Positions 56,200 to 64,000 of a DNA stretch of 64,000 nt are shown here, in pieces. The stretch lies in the NCBI GenBank assembly GCA_963701085.1, contig OY969561.1, positions 384,001 through 448,000 of the forward strand. The letters run 5' to 3'. The DNA is from an uncultured bacterium (GTDB taxonomy: Bacteria; Babelota; Babeliae; Babelales; Vermiphilaceae). The translations under genes were made by a program, and so were the position numbers. Each line of letters starts with the position of its first letter. Within the stretch, counting starts at the first letter, position 1. The notes beneath the pieces are model-generated. The model was given only the letters and a program-made list of their open reading frames with translations. It searched no databases and was not told the DNA's origin.

Positions 56200-57069
56200 A
56201 TGAATATAAAAAATAATGTTCTTTTTCTTCTTGTGGTGACCTGTGCCTCAACAGACACTTTTGCCATACCTAAAACCATAACCCTATTTTCTCATGGCAT
56301 AGCCGATACATGGAAACAAGTTCATGGATACGTCAAATCATACAAAAAAAATGATACAATATATCGCAATGATCGCTATCTTGTGCATACACCTTTTGTA
56401 ACTTTTAACTATCCAGATGCAACAAATAAGTTCTATCGGGTCAATTATAATGAAACAAGCTTTGGGCAAGAAAATGAAATTGCTCGCCTTAATAAAGCTT
56501 ATGAAGCGGCAATGTCTCGCTATAAAAATTGTGGTATTATCTTGTGTGGACTATCGCGCGGTGCAGCCAACATATTAATTTTTTCAGGATTATACGAACT
56601 TACCAATGTAAAAGCTTTAGTGATTGAATCGCCTTATTTTACCATGGGAGAGGTTATCGAAAGTATAATGATTAAAAAAAATCTTACCTGGCTACCTCTT
56701 TCATATGGTGAAACACTCGCGGAATTTATTTTTAAACGATACACCCGCTATGGTTATAGCCCAGCAAATTGTATCGAAAACATCTCAAAAGAGATCCCTA
56801 TTTTCATCATTTGCTCCAAGCAAGACCGTCTTGTTCCCTTTTCAAGCTCAATTAATGTATACAAAAAATTAGTTGAATCTGGACATAAACATACCTATAT
56901 TTTTATTGCCGATCATGGAAGGCATGCCGCAATATTACAAGGACCCGATGGCGAACAATACCAATGGGTTGTTAATGCATTTTATAAGAAATATAATCTT
57001 CCCCATTGCGCTGCTAGCGCTGCAAAAGGAAAATCTCTTCTTGCTCTTTGTCAACCAAAAATTGACTAA
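56200..57069 (+). CDS. Exported alpha/beta hydrolase
   Basis: SHG oxyanion-like motif, GLSRG nucleophile elbow, D (QDRLVP) and H (HGRH). Signal peptide; ATG 56200 follows AAGGGGG; the track starts at 56161. Confidence 0.8.
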   Translation: MNIKNNVLFLLVVTCASTDTFAIPKTITLFSHGIADTWKQVHGYVKSYKKNDTIYRNDRYLVHTPFVTFNYPDATNKFYRVNYNETSFGQENEIARLNKAYEAAMSRYKNCGIILCGLSRGAANILIFSGLYELTNVKALVIESPYFTMGEVIESIMIKKNLTWLPLSYGETLAEFIFKRYTRYGYSPANCIENISKEIPIFIICSKQDRLVPFSSSINVYKKLVESGHKHTYIFIADHGRHAAILQGPDGEQYQWVVNAFYKKYNLPHCAASAAKGKSLLALCQPKID

Positions 57070-57220
57070 AAAAAACAATCTCTTTTCTCTCTGTTTTTTT
57101 AAAATTTTTCGACTTTAAAAAAAATATTTATTCATTCTGTTGATTTTACAAAGTAGTTTTTTGTACAATTGAAATTGAAGTAAGTATAGGGTTTTAGTCC
57201 AAACAAAAAAAGGAGTCGCT

Positions 57221-57673
57221 ATGGTAGTCAAGAAGGCGAAAAAAGCTGTAGCCAAAAAAGCTACTGCTAAACGTAAACCAGCTGTGAAAAAAGCTGCTGC
57301 TAAACGTAAACCAGCTGCTAAAAAAGCTGCTGCTAAACGTAAACCAGCTGCTAAAAAAGCTGCTGCTAAACGTAAACCAGCTGCTAAAAAAGCTGCCGCT
57401 AAACGTAAACCGGCTGCGAAAAAAGCTGCTGCTAAACGTAAACCAGCTAAAAAAGCTGCTGCTAAACGTCGTAAACCAGCTGCTAAAAAAGCTGCTGCTA
57501 AGCGCAAACCAGCTAAAAAAGCCGCTGCTAAACGTCGTAAACCAGCTGCTAAAAAAGCTGCTGCACATCACGCAGGACACGTTGCTCACGCTGGTGCAGA
57601 ACACGCAATGAAAAAACCTGCTAAACGTAGAATGACTGTAAGAAGATCTGTTGCGGCTAAAAAGCCTGAGTAA
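57221..57673 (+). CDS. Histone-H1-like Lys/Ala-rich DNA-binding protein
   Basis: Nine KRKPAAKKAAA-type repeats (57269-57565) and a strong AAAAGGAG RBS. Composition resembles chlamydial Hc2 and Pseudomonas AlgP. Confidence 0.85.
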   Translation: MVVKKAKKAVAKKATAKRKPAVKKAAAKRKPAAKKAAAKRKPAAKKAAAKRKPAAKKAAAKRKPAAKKAAAKRKPAKKAAAKRRKPAAKKAAAKRKPAKKAAAKRRKPAAKKAAAHHAGHVAHAGAEHAMKKPAKRRMTVRRSVAAKKPE

Positions 57674-57702
57674 TAGTTCTTTTTTATAGAATAATTCTTA
57701 AC

Positions 57703-57738
57703 AAAATAGGTCTTACCTTCCGGCAAGACCTATTTTTT
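57703..57738. terminator. Bidirectional terminator
   Basis: AAAATAGGTCTT...AAGACCTATTTTTT between convergent genes. Confidence 0.8.
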
Positions 57739-57755
57739 ATATTTTTGTGTATATT

Positions 57756-58232
57756 TTATGAAATTTGAAGTAATTCAACATCAAAAATAAGATTAGCGTT
57801 TGCTGGAATAACTGCTCCAGCACCACGTGCACCATATCCCAAGTTTGATGGAATAAAAAGGCGACGTTTTTCACCAATTTTCATGGTCATAACACCTTCA
57901 TCCCATCCTTGAATAACATGACCAATGCCGATATTAAAACTGAATGGTTTGCCACGATCAACACTGCTATCGAACTTTTTACCTGGCTCACCATTATTAT
58001 TCAGCCAACCAGTATAATGAACGGTTACTAATTTGCCAACGCTTGGATTGGCGCCTGATCCTTCCTGCAAAATCTCATATTCTAAACCAGAAGCGGTTCT
58101 TGTATGTGTCATCTTTCTATTTCCTGACTGTGCTGCTTTGTTATTATTATCATTGTTTTTGATGTTAGTACAACTTACCAGTACAACAGCCGTTGCTGCC
58201 ACCAATGAACAAACTACTACTAATTTCTTCAT
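57756..58232 (-). CDS. FKBP-type peptidyl-prolyl isomerase, predicted lipoprotein (Mip-like)
   Basis: TASGLEYE, VHYTG, FDSS, VIQGWDEG, LGYG and LIFDVEL; lipobox-like LVSC. Confidence 0.93.
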   Translation of the reverse strand: MKKLVVVCSLVAATAVVLVSCTNIKNNDNNNKAAQSGNRKMTHTRTASGLEYEILQEGSGANPSVGKLVTVHYTGWLNNNGEPGKKFDSSVDRGKPFSFNIGIGHVIQGWDEGVMTMKIGEKRRLFIPSNLGYGARGAGAVIPANANLIFDVELLQIS

Positions 58233-58335
58233 ATCTTCTCCTTTTAAAAAACTTAATTGTAGGTAATTATAACAGGAGTTTTGATAGATTCAAAGTCCAC
58301 GTTTTTTCCACCATTCATCAAAAAATTGCTGTATT

Positions 58336-58372
58336 AAGAAAATAAGGTCCTTCAAAAAGACCTTATTTTCTT
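58336..58372 (-). terminator. Terminator after the ankyrin gene
   Basis: AAGAAAATAAGGTC / GACCTTATTTTCTT stem. Confidence 0.7.
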
Positions 58373-58399
58373 TAATTAAAACTAATTTAACTATTTTTA

Positions 58400-58963
58400 C
58401 TATTTTTTAGCACCATGCTTAATGAGCAAATTAACTATTGCATTGTCTCCTTGTTTACGAGCTAACATTAATGGAGTCATTTCTTCACCAGGCTTACCTG
58501 CATCTGCCATAGCAGATGGCCATTCGTATGCTAAAGCATTAGGATTAGCGTTATATTTTTCAAGTAATGTCTTTACTGCTAAAGCATTTCCTTGTTTTAC
58601 TGCAACATAGAGTAATGGATAATCAAAGTTATAAGTTCTATACTCATTAACGTCAATAATCCCACGCATTGAATTAAGAATATTAAAAATTACTGGCCAA
58701 TTAACTATAATTGGATCTTCTATTAACATTTCTCTTCCTGGCTCACCTCCATATCTCCGTACTCCTTCTTCAATTGCAACATCAATCAGTTTGTACACGT
58801 CAGGACGTTCTAATTCTCTTTGGCGCTCAATTTTTTTCCATTGCACAGCTTCTATTTTTCTGGCTTGCTCTCCTGTTATTCCTCCTGGATATGCAACGTC
58901 CGCATTAATGCTTGCAACAGCACTAAACACTATCATTCCTGATAGTAAATGTAACTTCTTCAT
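58400..58963 (-). CDS. Exported ankyrin-repeat protein
   Basis: Signal peptide, PLLYVAVKQGNALAVKTLLEKYNANPN and TPLMLARKQGDNAIVNLLIKHGA. Confidence 0.88.
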   Translation of the reverse strand: MKKLHLLSGMIVFSAVASINADVAYPGGITGEQARKIEAVQWKKIERQRELERPDVYKLIDVAIEEGVRRYGGEPGREMLIEDPIIVNWPVIFNILNSMRGIIDVNEYRTYNFDYPLLYVAVKQGNALAVKTLLEKYNANPNALAYEWPSAMADAGKPGEEMTPLMLARKQGDNAIVNLLIKHGAKK

Positions 58964-59010
58964 AGAATTCTCCTCTTTTTGAACATTGAAGATATATTAT
59001 TACAATTATA

Positions 59011-59046
59011 ATAATAATTGACGGGGGGGGTAAAAAGCAATAGTCT
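59011..59046. promoter_or_regulatory. Overlapping divergent sigma70-like promoters with a G8 tract in both spacers
   Basis: Plus strand TTGACG-N17-TAGTCT; minus strand TTGCTT-N18-TATTAT; G8 at 59023-59030. Confidence 0.4.
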
Positions 59047-59305
59047 TATATATATTTTTATTTTTTTAATATTTTACAATAGTATTTAAGCTTGTTAAAT
59101 ATAATGGATTACACTTATTGATCGTTCTTTCAATGTCAAAAGGGTCACCCCAGCCTTTTACAAAAAAAAAGTAAAATAACGGTAACTAGCAACTTTTTAA
59201 ATTTAGACTACGCCTTTAATGCAAAATTATTGCTTCTGCAATATTACTTTTTATAGGCTAAAAAAAGTTTAAAATCCCAAACCAAATAATGGTATAAAGA
59301 TACGT

Positions 59306-60493
59306 ATGAAACTAAAATTTTTATTAAACATACTTATATTCTTGGTAGTTCAAACAAGCACCATGCAATCTACATTGACAATGGAAAATCAATCTCAATG
59401 CTATCAATGGGCGATTGTTGGCGCTGGATTGGCAGGAATTACTGCATTGGCAGTCTTAATTGATTCGGGAGTTGATCCTGCAACTATCGCTTGGATTGAC
59501 CCTGAATTTAATGTTGGTAGAGTTGGAAAATATTACCGCAATGTTCCGGGTAATATAGCAACAAGTCGTATGATATTATACGTAAATAATTGTCCTTATT
59601 TTAAAGAAATTGCTTCTGCTTCTATAGACGCACTTTATGCATATAATCCCGAAGAATACCCACCCTTATACATAATTGCTGATCCTTTAAAGGATTTAAC
59701 TACCTATTTGGCCAAAAAGGTTACACCAATAACAGACAGCATTACTTCACTTAATTATGATAATAACCATTGGGTTCTACAGGGCACTGATTACACAATA
59801 AATGCTCAAAAAGTTATTTTAGCCACTGGTGCGCATCCAAGACAACTCAATTATGATATATCAGAAATTCCTCTTGATGATGCAATCGACCAAAATAAAT
59901 TAGCAACATATGTATCTTCTCGTGATCGTGTCGCAGTTTTTGGTGGTATGCACTCAGCAATTCTTATTTTAAAATATTTATCTGAATCCTCAGTTAAACA
60001 AATTATAAATTTCTATATAGATCCCTATTTTTATGACGCACCAGGTTTAGAAGGTACCACGGCACTGTGGGCAAAAAATGTACTTGAACAAGATCCACCA
60101 GGCAATCTTATTCGCATATTGAATACACCTGAAAACAGAAAAACCTTGTTACCTCTGTGCACCAAAGCTATTTATGCAATTGGATATGAACCAAACCCAA
60201 TCCTTGTAAATGGATCATTAGATTTATCATTTGATGAAAACAGTGGCGTAATTGCGCAAGATTTATATGGAATTGGCATAGCTTTTCCACCTACAGGTAT
60301 TATTAATGGTCACAAAATAGCTAAAAATGGCCTCCATGCCTATCTTGGTTACGCAAAAAGAGTAATACCGCAATGGATAGCCAATGAAAGAGGTTATGAT
60401 AAGAATGCGATTGATGCTATAGACCCTTCTCTTCAAACTCAATTGGTTGTTTCTCATGAAAAAGATACAAACCAAGAATTACCATGGATATAG
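59306..60493 (+). CDS. FAD/NAD(P)-dependent oxidoreductase
   Basis: AIVGAGLAG dinucleotide fold, VILATGA, AVFGGMHSA, YAIGY and LYGIGIAFP. Confidence 0.88.
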   Translation: MKLKFLLNILIFLVVQTSTMQSTLTMENQSQCYQWAIVGAGLAGITALAVLIDSGVDPATIAWIDPEFNVGRVGKYYRNVPGNIATSRMILYVNNCPYFKEIASASIDALYAYNPEEYPPLYIIADPLKDLTTYLAKKVTPITDSITSLNYDNNHWVLQGTDYTINAQKVILATGAHPRQLNYDISEIPLDDAIDQNKLATYVSSRDRVAVFGGMHSAILILKYLSESSVKQIINFYIDPYFYDAPGLEGTTALWAKNVLEQDPPGNLIRILNTPENRKTLLPLCTKAIYAIGYEPNPILVNGSLDLSFDENSGVIAQDLYGIGIAFPPTGIINGHKIAKNGLHAYLGYAKRVIPQWIANERGYDKNAIDAIDPSLQTQLVVSHEKDTNQELPWI

Positions 60494-61370
60494 TTGCAAA
60501 GAAGTGCCACGTAACTTGCTCACCAAGAAAAACCCACCCAAGTAGTGCCGCAAATAATGGTGTCATGAAACCGGCAAATGATAAAAACGTTGGTGAATAG
60601 CGAGATAATAGATAGCCATATAAATTATAACAGATGATATTGGCGATAAGAATGAGCGCCATGCTATAGACCCCAAGCATTATTAAACTTTCACCAAATG
60701 TTCCGTAGTACGCAACCAATGTCTCACTGGTTACGGAAACATCTTTTATCATAGGCAACCCTTCTTTGCATAATGAAAGAATAAGAGCACAGATACCTCC
60801 TCCCAGCATTCCAATACCATTGATCATGATAAATGAGTATCCTTTATGAATAAGATCTTTCATTACTATCCAACCGTAAGCACTGGAGGTAACTGAGCCG
60901 ATCAAAGCCACTTCATAGCAGGAAAGAAAACCAACATGCCATGCAAAAGCTTCTAATGGCGTTTGTGCAATCAAAATAGGGATAAATGCCAAAAATCCTA
61001 TCGCAAGTCCGCATAGTTGACGATATGACAGTCGTTCTGCAAACAAAAAATAAGAAAAAAGAGCTGTAATAAACGGTGATAAATTATATAAAAGACATGC
61101 TTTTGCTGAAGTTACCTGCTCTAAAGCCCAAAACTCAAGGCAGTAGGAACAAAAAATATGAAATATGATAATAGAGAGAAAACTCGAATAATCTTTTGGG
61201 TTAATAGATAATCGCTTTTTTGCAAACATGGTGTAATACCAAAGCAGTAAACTGCCTCCAAGTATCATACGCACCCCGATGAACAAAAATGGCGGTACAT
61301 ATAACAGCGCCGCTTTACCAAGTGTAAAAGTACTCGCAAAAAGAAAATAAAGAAAAATAACAAGAACCAT
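60417..61370 (-). CDS. DMT/EamA-family transporter
   Basis: About ten hydrophobic segments in two repeats, with PFLFIGVR, LSPFITALFSYFLFAE and PLFAALLGWVFLGE. Confidence 0.9.
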   Translation of the reverse strand: MVLVIFLYFLFASTFTLGKAALLYVPPFLFIGVRMILGGSLLLWYYTMFAKKRLSINPKDYSSFLSIIIFHIFCSYCLEFWALEQVTSAKACLLYNLSPFITALFSYFLFAERLSYRQLCGLAIGFLAFIPILIAQTPLEAFAWHVGFLSCYEVALIGSVTSSAYGWIVMKDLIHKGYSFIMINGIGMLGGGICALILSLCKEGLPMIKDVSVTSETLVAYYGTFGESLIMLGVYSMALILIANIICYNLYGYLLSRYSPTFLSFAGFMTPLFAALLGWVFLGEQVTWHFFATISMVILGLYLFHEKQPIEFEEKGL

Positions 61371-61515
61371 AATTTTTATGCTCTTAAAGTATAAATAAAC
61401 AATTACTAAAACGGTGTTATTATATCACATCTGTTGCTTTTTTTAAATAAACTCTGCGATAGTGAATATGATTATGCGTATCTGTATTTAAAAAAACATA
61501 GTGAGAGAGAACGAT

Positions 61516-63612
61516 ATGAATAATTTAAAGAACATTTTTATAACGGCTATCTTGCTCAGTATTAGCCCAATTTTTAGCGCTCAAATAGCATATACGCAAG
61601 AGCCGACAACCATCACAGAACCACTTACAACAACTGATTCCATTGCAACTGCACCTCAAGACGAAGCTACTCCGATTACTTCCCCTGCTGCACAGGAGAA
61701 GGCTGTAATAGAAAAAACTGATCTCCAAAAGTGGAATGATCACCTGGATAAACTCAAAATTGCAACTGAACAATGGAATACCAACGATAATGTACCGCAA
61801 AGTGACTGGACAACAGAAGCAATTACCTATGCCAAAAATGCTCTTGAGTACGATAAAACAGTTGCTGAAACGTTAAAATCTGCTTTCTTTGATGCCATTA
61901 ATGCAAAAATTGATCTTGAAAAAGGAAAATTTAGTGAAAAAACATTTGCGTTAATTACTGAATTTAATGAAGCCATTGAGGCAAAATTAAAAGCAATGGA
62001 AGATGCTGCAGTAGCAAAAGAAGCGGCAAAAAAAGCTGTACTTGAAGAACCAAAACCTGAACCAGTTGTTGAACAAGCTCCAGCGCCAGTAGAAACGTCT
62101 CCTGCGCCAGCAGCTGAAGAAATAACTCAATCACAAACAACTGCATCAACAAACGAACCCTCTCAGGACCTGCGTACAGAATGGGATAACCAACTTTATA
62201 AAATAGAAACTGAAGGAACAACGCTGAGCGATACTCAAAAGTTGTTGGGCAAAGCATATGAACTAGCGAGACAATTACTATCATCACAACTAAGTTACCC
62301 AGAAAATCTACAATTTGATTTTGAGGATGCTCTTACTGAACGAGCTTTTAATAAACGAGGAAGATATCCCAATTTATTTACAATCAATTTTAGTGATGCA
62401 ATGGAAGTTTTTGCTGAAGCAACCGGTATTCCAATGCCAACATATGATCAACAAATTGATCAATTTGACCAAGAACAGCAACGCACAGCTGCAGAACGAC
62501 AAGAAGTAGCGAAAAAAGAAAGAGAAAAAGAATTAAAAATTATAGCAGGTTTACAAAAGGCAGATATAACAGAAAGTAAAATGCAAGAGCTTAATCGGTT
62601 ATTACAACAAAAAATAGCTGCTGCTGAACTGCAAACTCAGACTGAGGCAGCAAGAACTAAAGCTGAAACCGACGCAAAAATAGAACAACTGCGACAAGAA
62701 TTAAAAATAGCCAAAGCGCACAAGGCTCCTGAAGCTCCACAAGGCATATTGGGAACTGCTATCGGAGCTGTGAAAAATGTTGCAAGTGCCGCAAGCACAT
62801 GGTGGTACGGATCAAACACAGCTGAAGAGGATCAAAATCGACTGACAAAACTGAGAGAGATTCTTGCTGCTATGGCTTTAACAGATAAGGAAAAACAAAA
62901 AATAGAAATTGCTTGGAAAAATTTTATAGATAATTTACGTTCCGCTCCTCAATTATCGGATACAACTCATGCAGCATCCAATAACCAATGGATAATGACT
63001 ATAGGGCAGGCATTGGAAATTCTCATCACGCAGTACCATATACTATCACTGAAAGATGCTCGTGATATTATAGAAAATATTGTTCAGCCATCTGATAACC
63101 GCACCCAAATTATAAAAGAAATGAGAAGATACCTCAAAGAAAAAGAGCAAAAAAATATTTCTGAAAAGCAACAACAAAAAGCAGGCATTTTAAAAGAAGA
63201 GCAACAAAAAAGAGAAACAAAAGAACAAAAATTACGTGCGCAACAACGCATTAAAGATGAAGAAAGTCGTAGAGAACAAGAAAAACAAAAACACTTATCA
63301 GCTATTAATTCTTATAATCAAGAAGAAAAACAATGGCATATATTTCTTACTCAGTTAGCTCAGAATAAACATGCAACAGCTCAAGAAAATAAGGTATCTA
63401 CCACCGAGGCTATTAAAAAATCACAATCATTACTTAACCTTGCACATATCATTGCCCCAAAAGATAAAAAAAATAAATCTGCTTTAGCTCAAAAACTAAA
63501 ATCAGAATTTACGAACGCTCTTTTAAAGCAACAAGAAAGTAACGAACCTGCAATAAACGTTCATCAGAATATGGACCATTTTAATAACGCAATTAATAAA
63601 ATGATGGAATAA
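61516..63612 (+). CDS. Exported coiled-coil hypothetical protein
   Basis: Signal peptide MNNLKNIFITAILLSISPIFSA, Pro/Thr-rich linkers and E/K/Q-rich coiled coils. The track starts at GTG 61501. Confidence 0.8.
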   Translation: MNNLKNIFITAILLSISPIFSAQIAYTQEPTTITEPLTTTDSIATAPQDEATPITSPAAQEKAVIEKTDLQKWNDHLDKLKIATEQWNTNDNVPQSDWTTEAITYAKNALEYDKTVAETLKSAFFDAINAKIDLEKGKFSEKTFALITEFNEAIEAKLKAMEDAAVAKEAAKKAVLEEPKPEPVVEQAPAPVETSPAPAAEEITQSQTTASTNEPSQDLRTEWDNQLYKIETEGTTLSDTQKLLGKAYELARQLLSSQLSYPENLQFDFEDALTERAFNKRGRYPNLFTINFSDAMEVFAEATGIPMPTYDQQIDQFDQEQQRTAAERQEVAKKEREKELKIIAGLQKADITESKMQELNRLLQQKIAAAELQTQTEAARTKAETDAKIEQLRQELKIAKAHKAPEAPQGILGTAIGAVKNVASAASTWWYGSNTAEEDQNRLTKLREILAAMALTDKEKQKIEIAWKNFIDNLRSAPQLSDTTHAASNNQWIMTIGQALEILITQYHILSLKDARDIIENIVQPSDNRTQIIKEMRRYLKEKEQKNISEKQQQKAGILKEEQQKRETKEQKLRAQQRIKDEESRREQEKQKHLSAINSYNQEEKQWHIFLTQLAQNKHATAQENKVSTTEAIKKSQSLLNLAHIIAPKDKKNKSALAQKLKSEFTNALLKQQESNEPAINVHQNMDHFNNAINKMME

Positions 63613-63613
63613 C

Positions 63614-63727
63614 CCTTCGATACGTTTTTTAAGACAAAAACACTCAGGGCGAGCGGAAGAAATTTGCTTTCCCCCGATCGTCCTGAGTGTTCTTCGTAGC
63701 TTTTAGCGAAGAAGAATGTATCGAAGG
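63614..63727. repeat. REP/MITE-like structured palindromic element, copy 2
   Basis: CCTTCGATAC...CACTCAGGGCGA...TCGTCCTGAGTG...GTATCGAAGG; fills the whole gap between convergent stop codons. Confidence 0.85.
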
Positions 63728-63728
63728 A

Positions 63729-64000
63729 TTAATCATCTTCGCTACCAACCTGCAATTCATTATCAATAATCATAACCCGTTGAATTTTAAGCGCTTTACC
63801 GCTTTGTGTATCAATTTCTATCCATGCACCACTCATCACAATGGGAACGGCTGTATCGGGAACAAATTTTACCGGCAAAGCGGTGAGAAAATTATGAATA
63901 ATTGATTCTTTTTTCATACCAAGCATTGAATTGAATGATCCAGTCATACCAAGATCAGTAATATGCGCGGTTCCACCAGGCAGAATGCGTTCATCAGCGG
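63729..64000 (-). CDS. ymdB: YmdB/TIGR00282-family metallophosphoesterase, 3' part (partial)
   Basis: Minus strand from the window end reads ADERILPGGTAHITDLGMTGSFNSMLG, the family C-terminal motif. Confidence 0.85.
   Translation of the reverse strand, partial: ADERILPGGTAHITDLGMTGSFNSMLGMKKESIIHNFLTALPVKFVPDTAVPIVMSGAWIEIDTQSGKALKIQRVMIIDNELQVGSEDD

Noticed and set aside
57115-57604. Minus-strand ORFs 57115-57507 and 57194-57604
   Set aside because: Antisense shadows of the Lys/Ala repeat gene, which has the RBS and terminator.
63687-63905. Plus-strand 72-aa ORF
   Set aside because: It starts inside the REP-like element and is antisense to the YmdB-like gene.

Overview
AT-rich bacterial chromosome segment. 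Its gene content (signal-peptide ankyrin protein, Mip-like FKBP, histone-H1-like protein, archaeal/eukaryal-type ProRS) suggests a host-associated bacterium such as Candidatus Dependentiae/TM6; this taxonomy is an inference. About 48 kb (1362-49579) is a tandem array of seven paralogous, signal-peptide-bearing, phage-tail-fibre-like genes (F1-F7, about 870 to about 5,980 aa once single-base frameshifts are repaired), and the 3' end of a probable eighth (F0) lies at 1-90. All seven share an unnamed N-terminal helical domain and a C-terminal peptidase-S74-like intramolecular chaperone plus coiled coil. Between these lie shuffled modules: collagen-like GXT runs, beta-helix domains, a tail-fibre domain and 17-aa NTAVG repeats. 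No phage structural genes and no autotransporter barrel are present, and the paralogs are DNA-level mosaics of one another. The right ~14 kb holds a GT2-TPR glycosyltransferase, recF, dnaN, xerD, proS, an alpha/beta hydrolase, a histone-like protein, an FKBP, an ankyrin protein, an FAD oxidoreductase, a DMT transporter, a coiled-coil protein and a partial YmdB-like gene. Non-coding signals include a structured REP-like element at two convergent gene junctions, a related hairpin inserted in-frame in two fibre genes, a candidate anti-RBS sRNA/small-ORF locus, a GC-rich motif flanking dnaN, and a G8 tract inside overlapping divergent promoter-like sequences.
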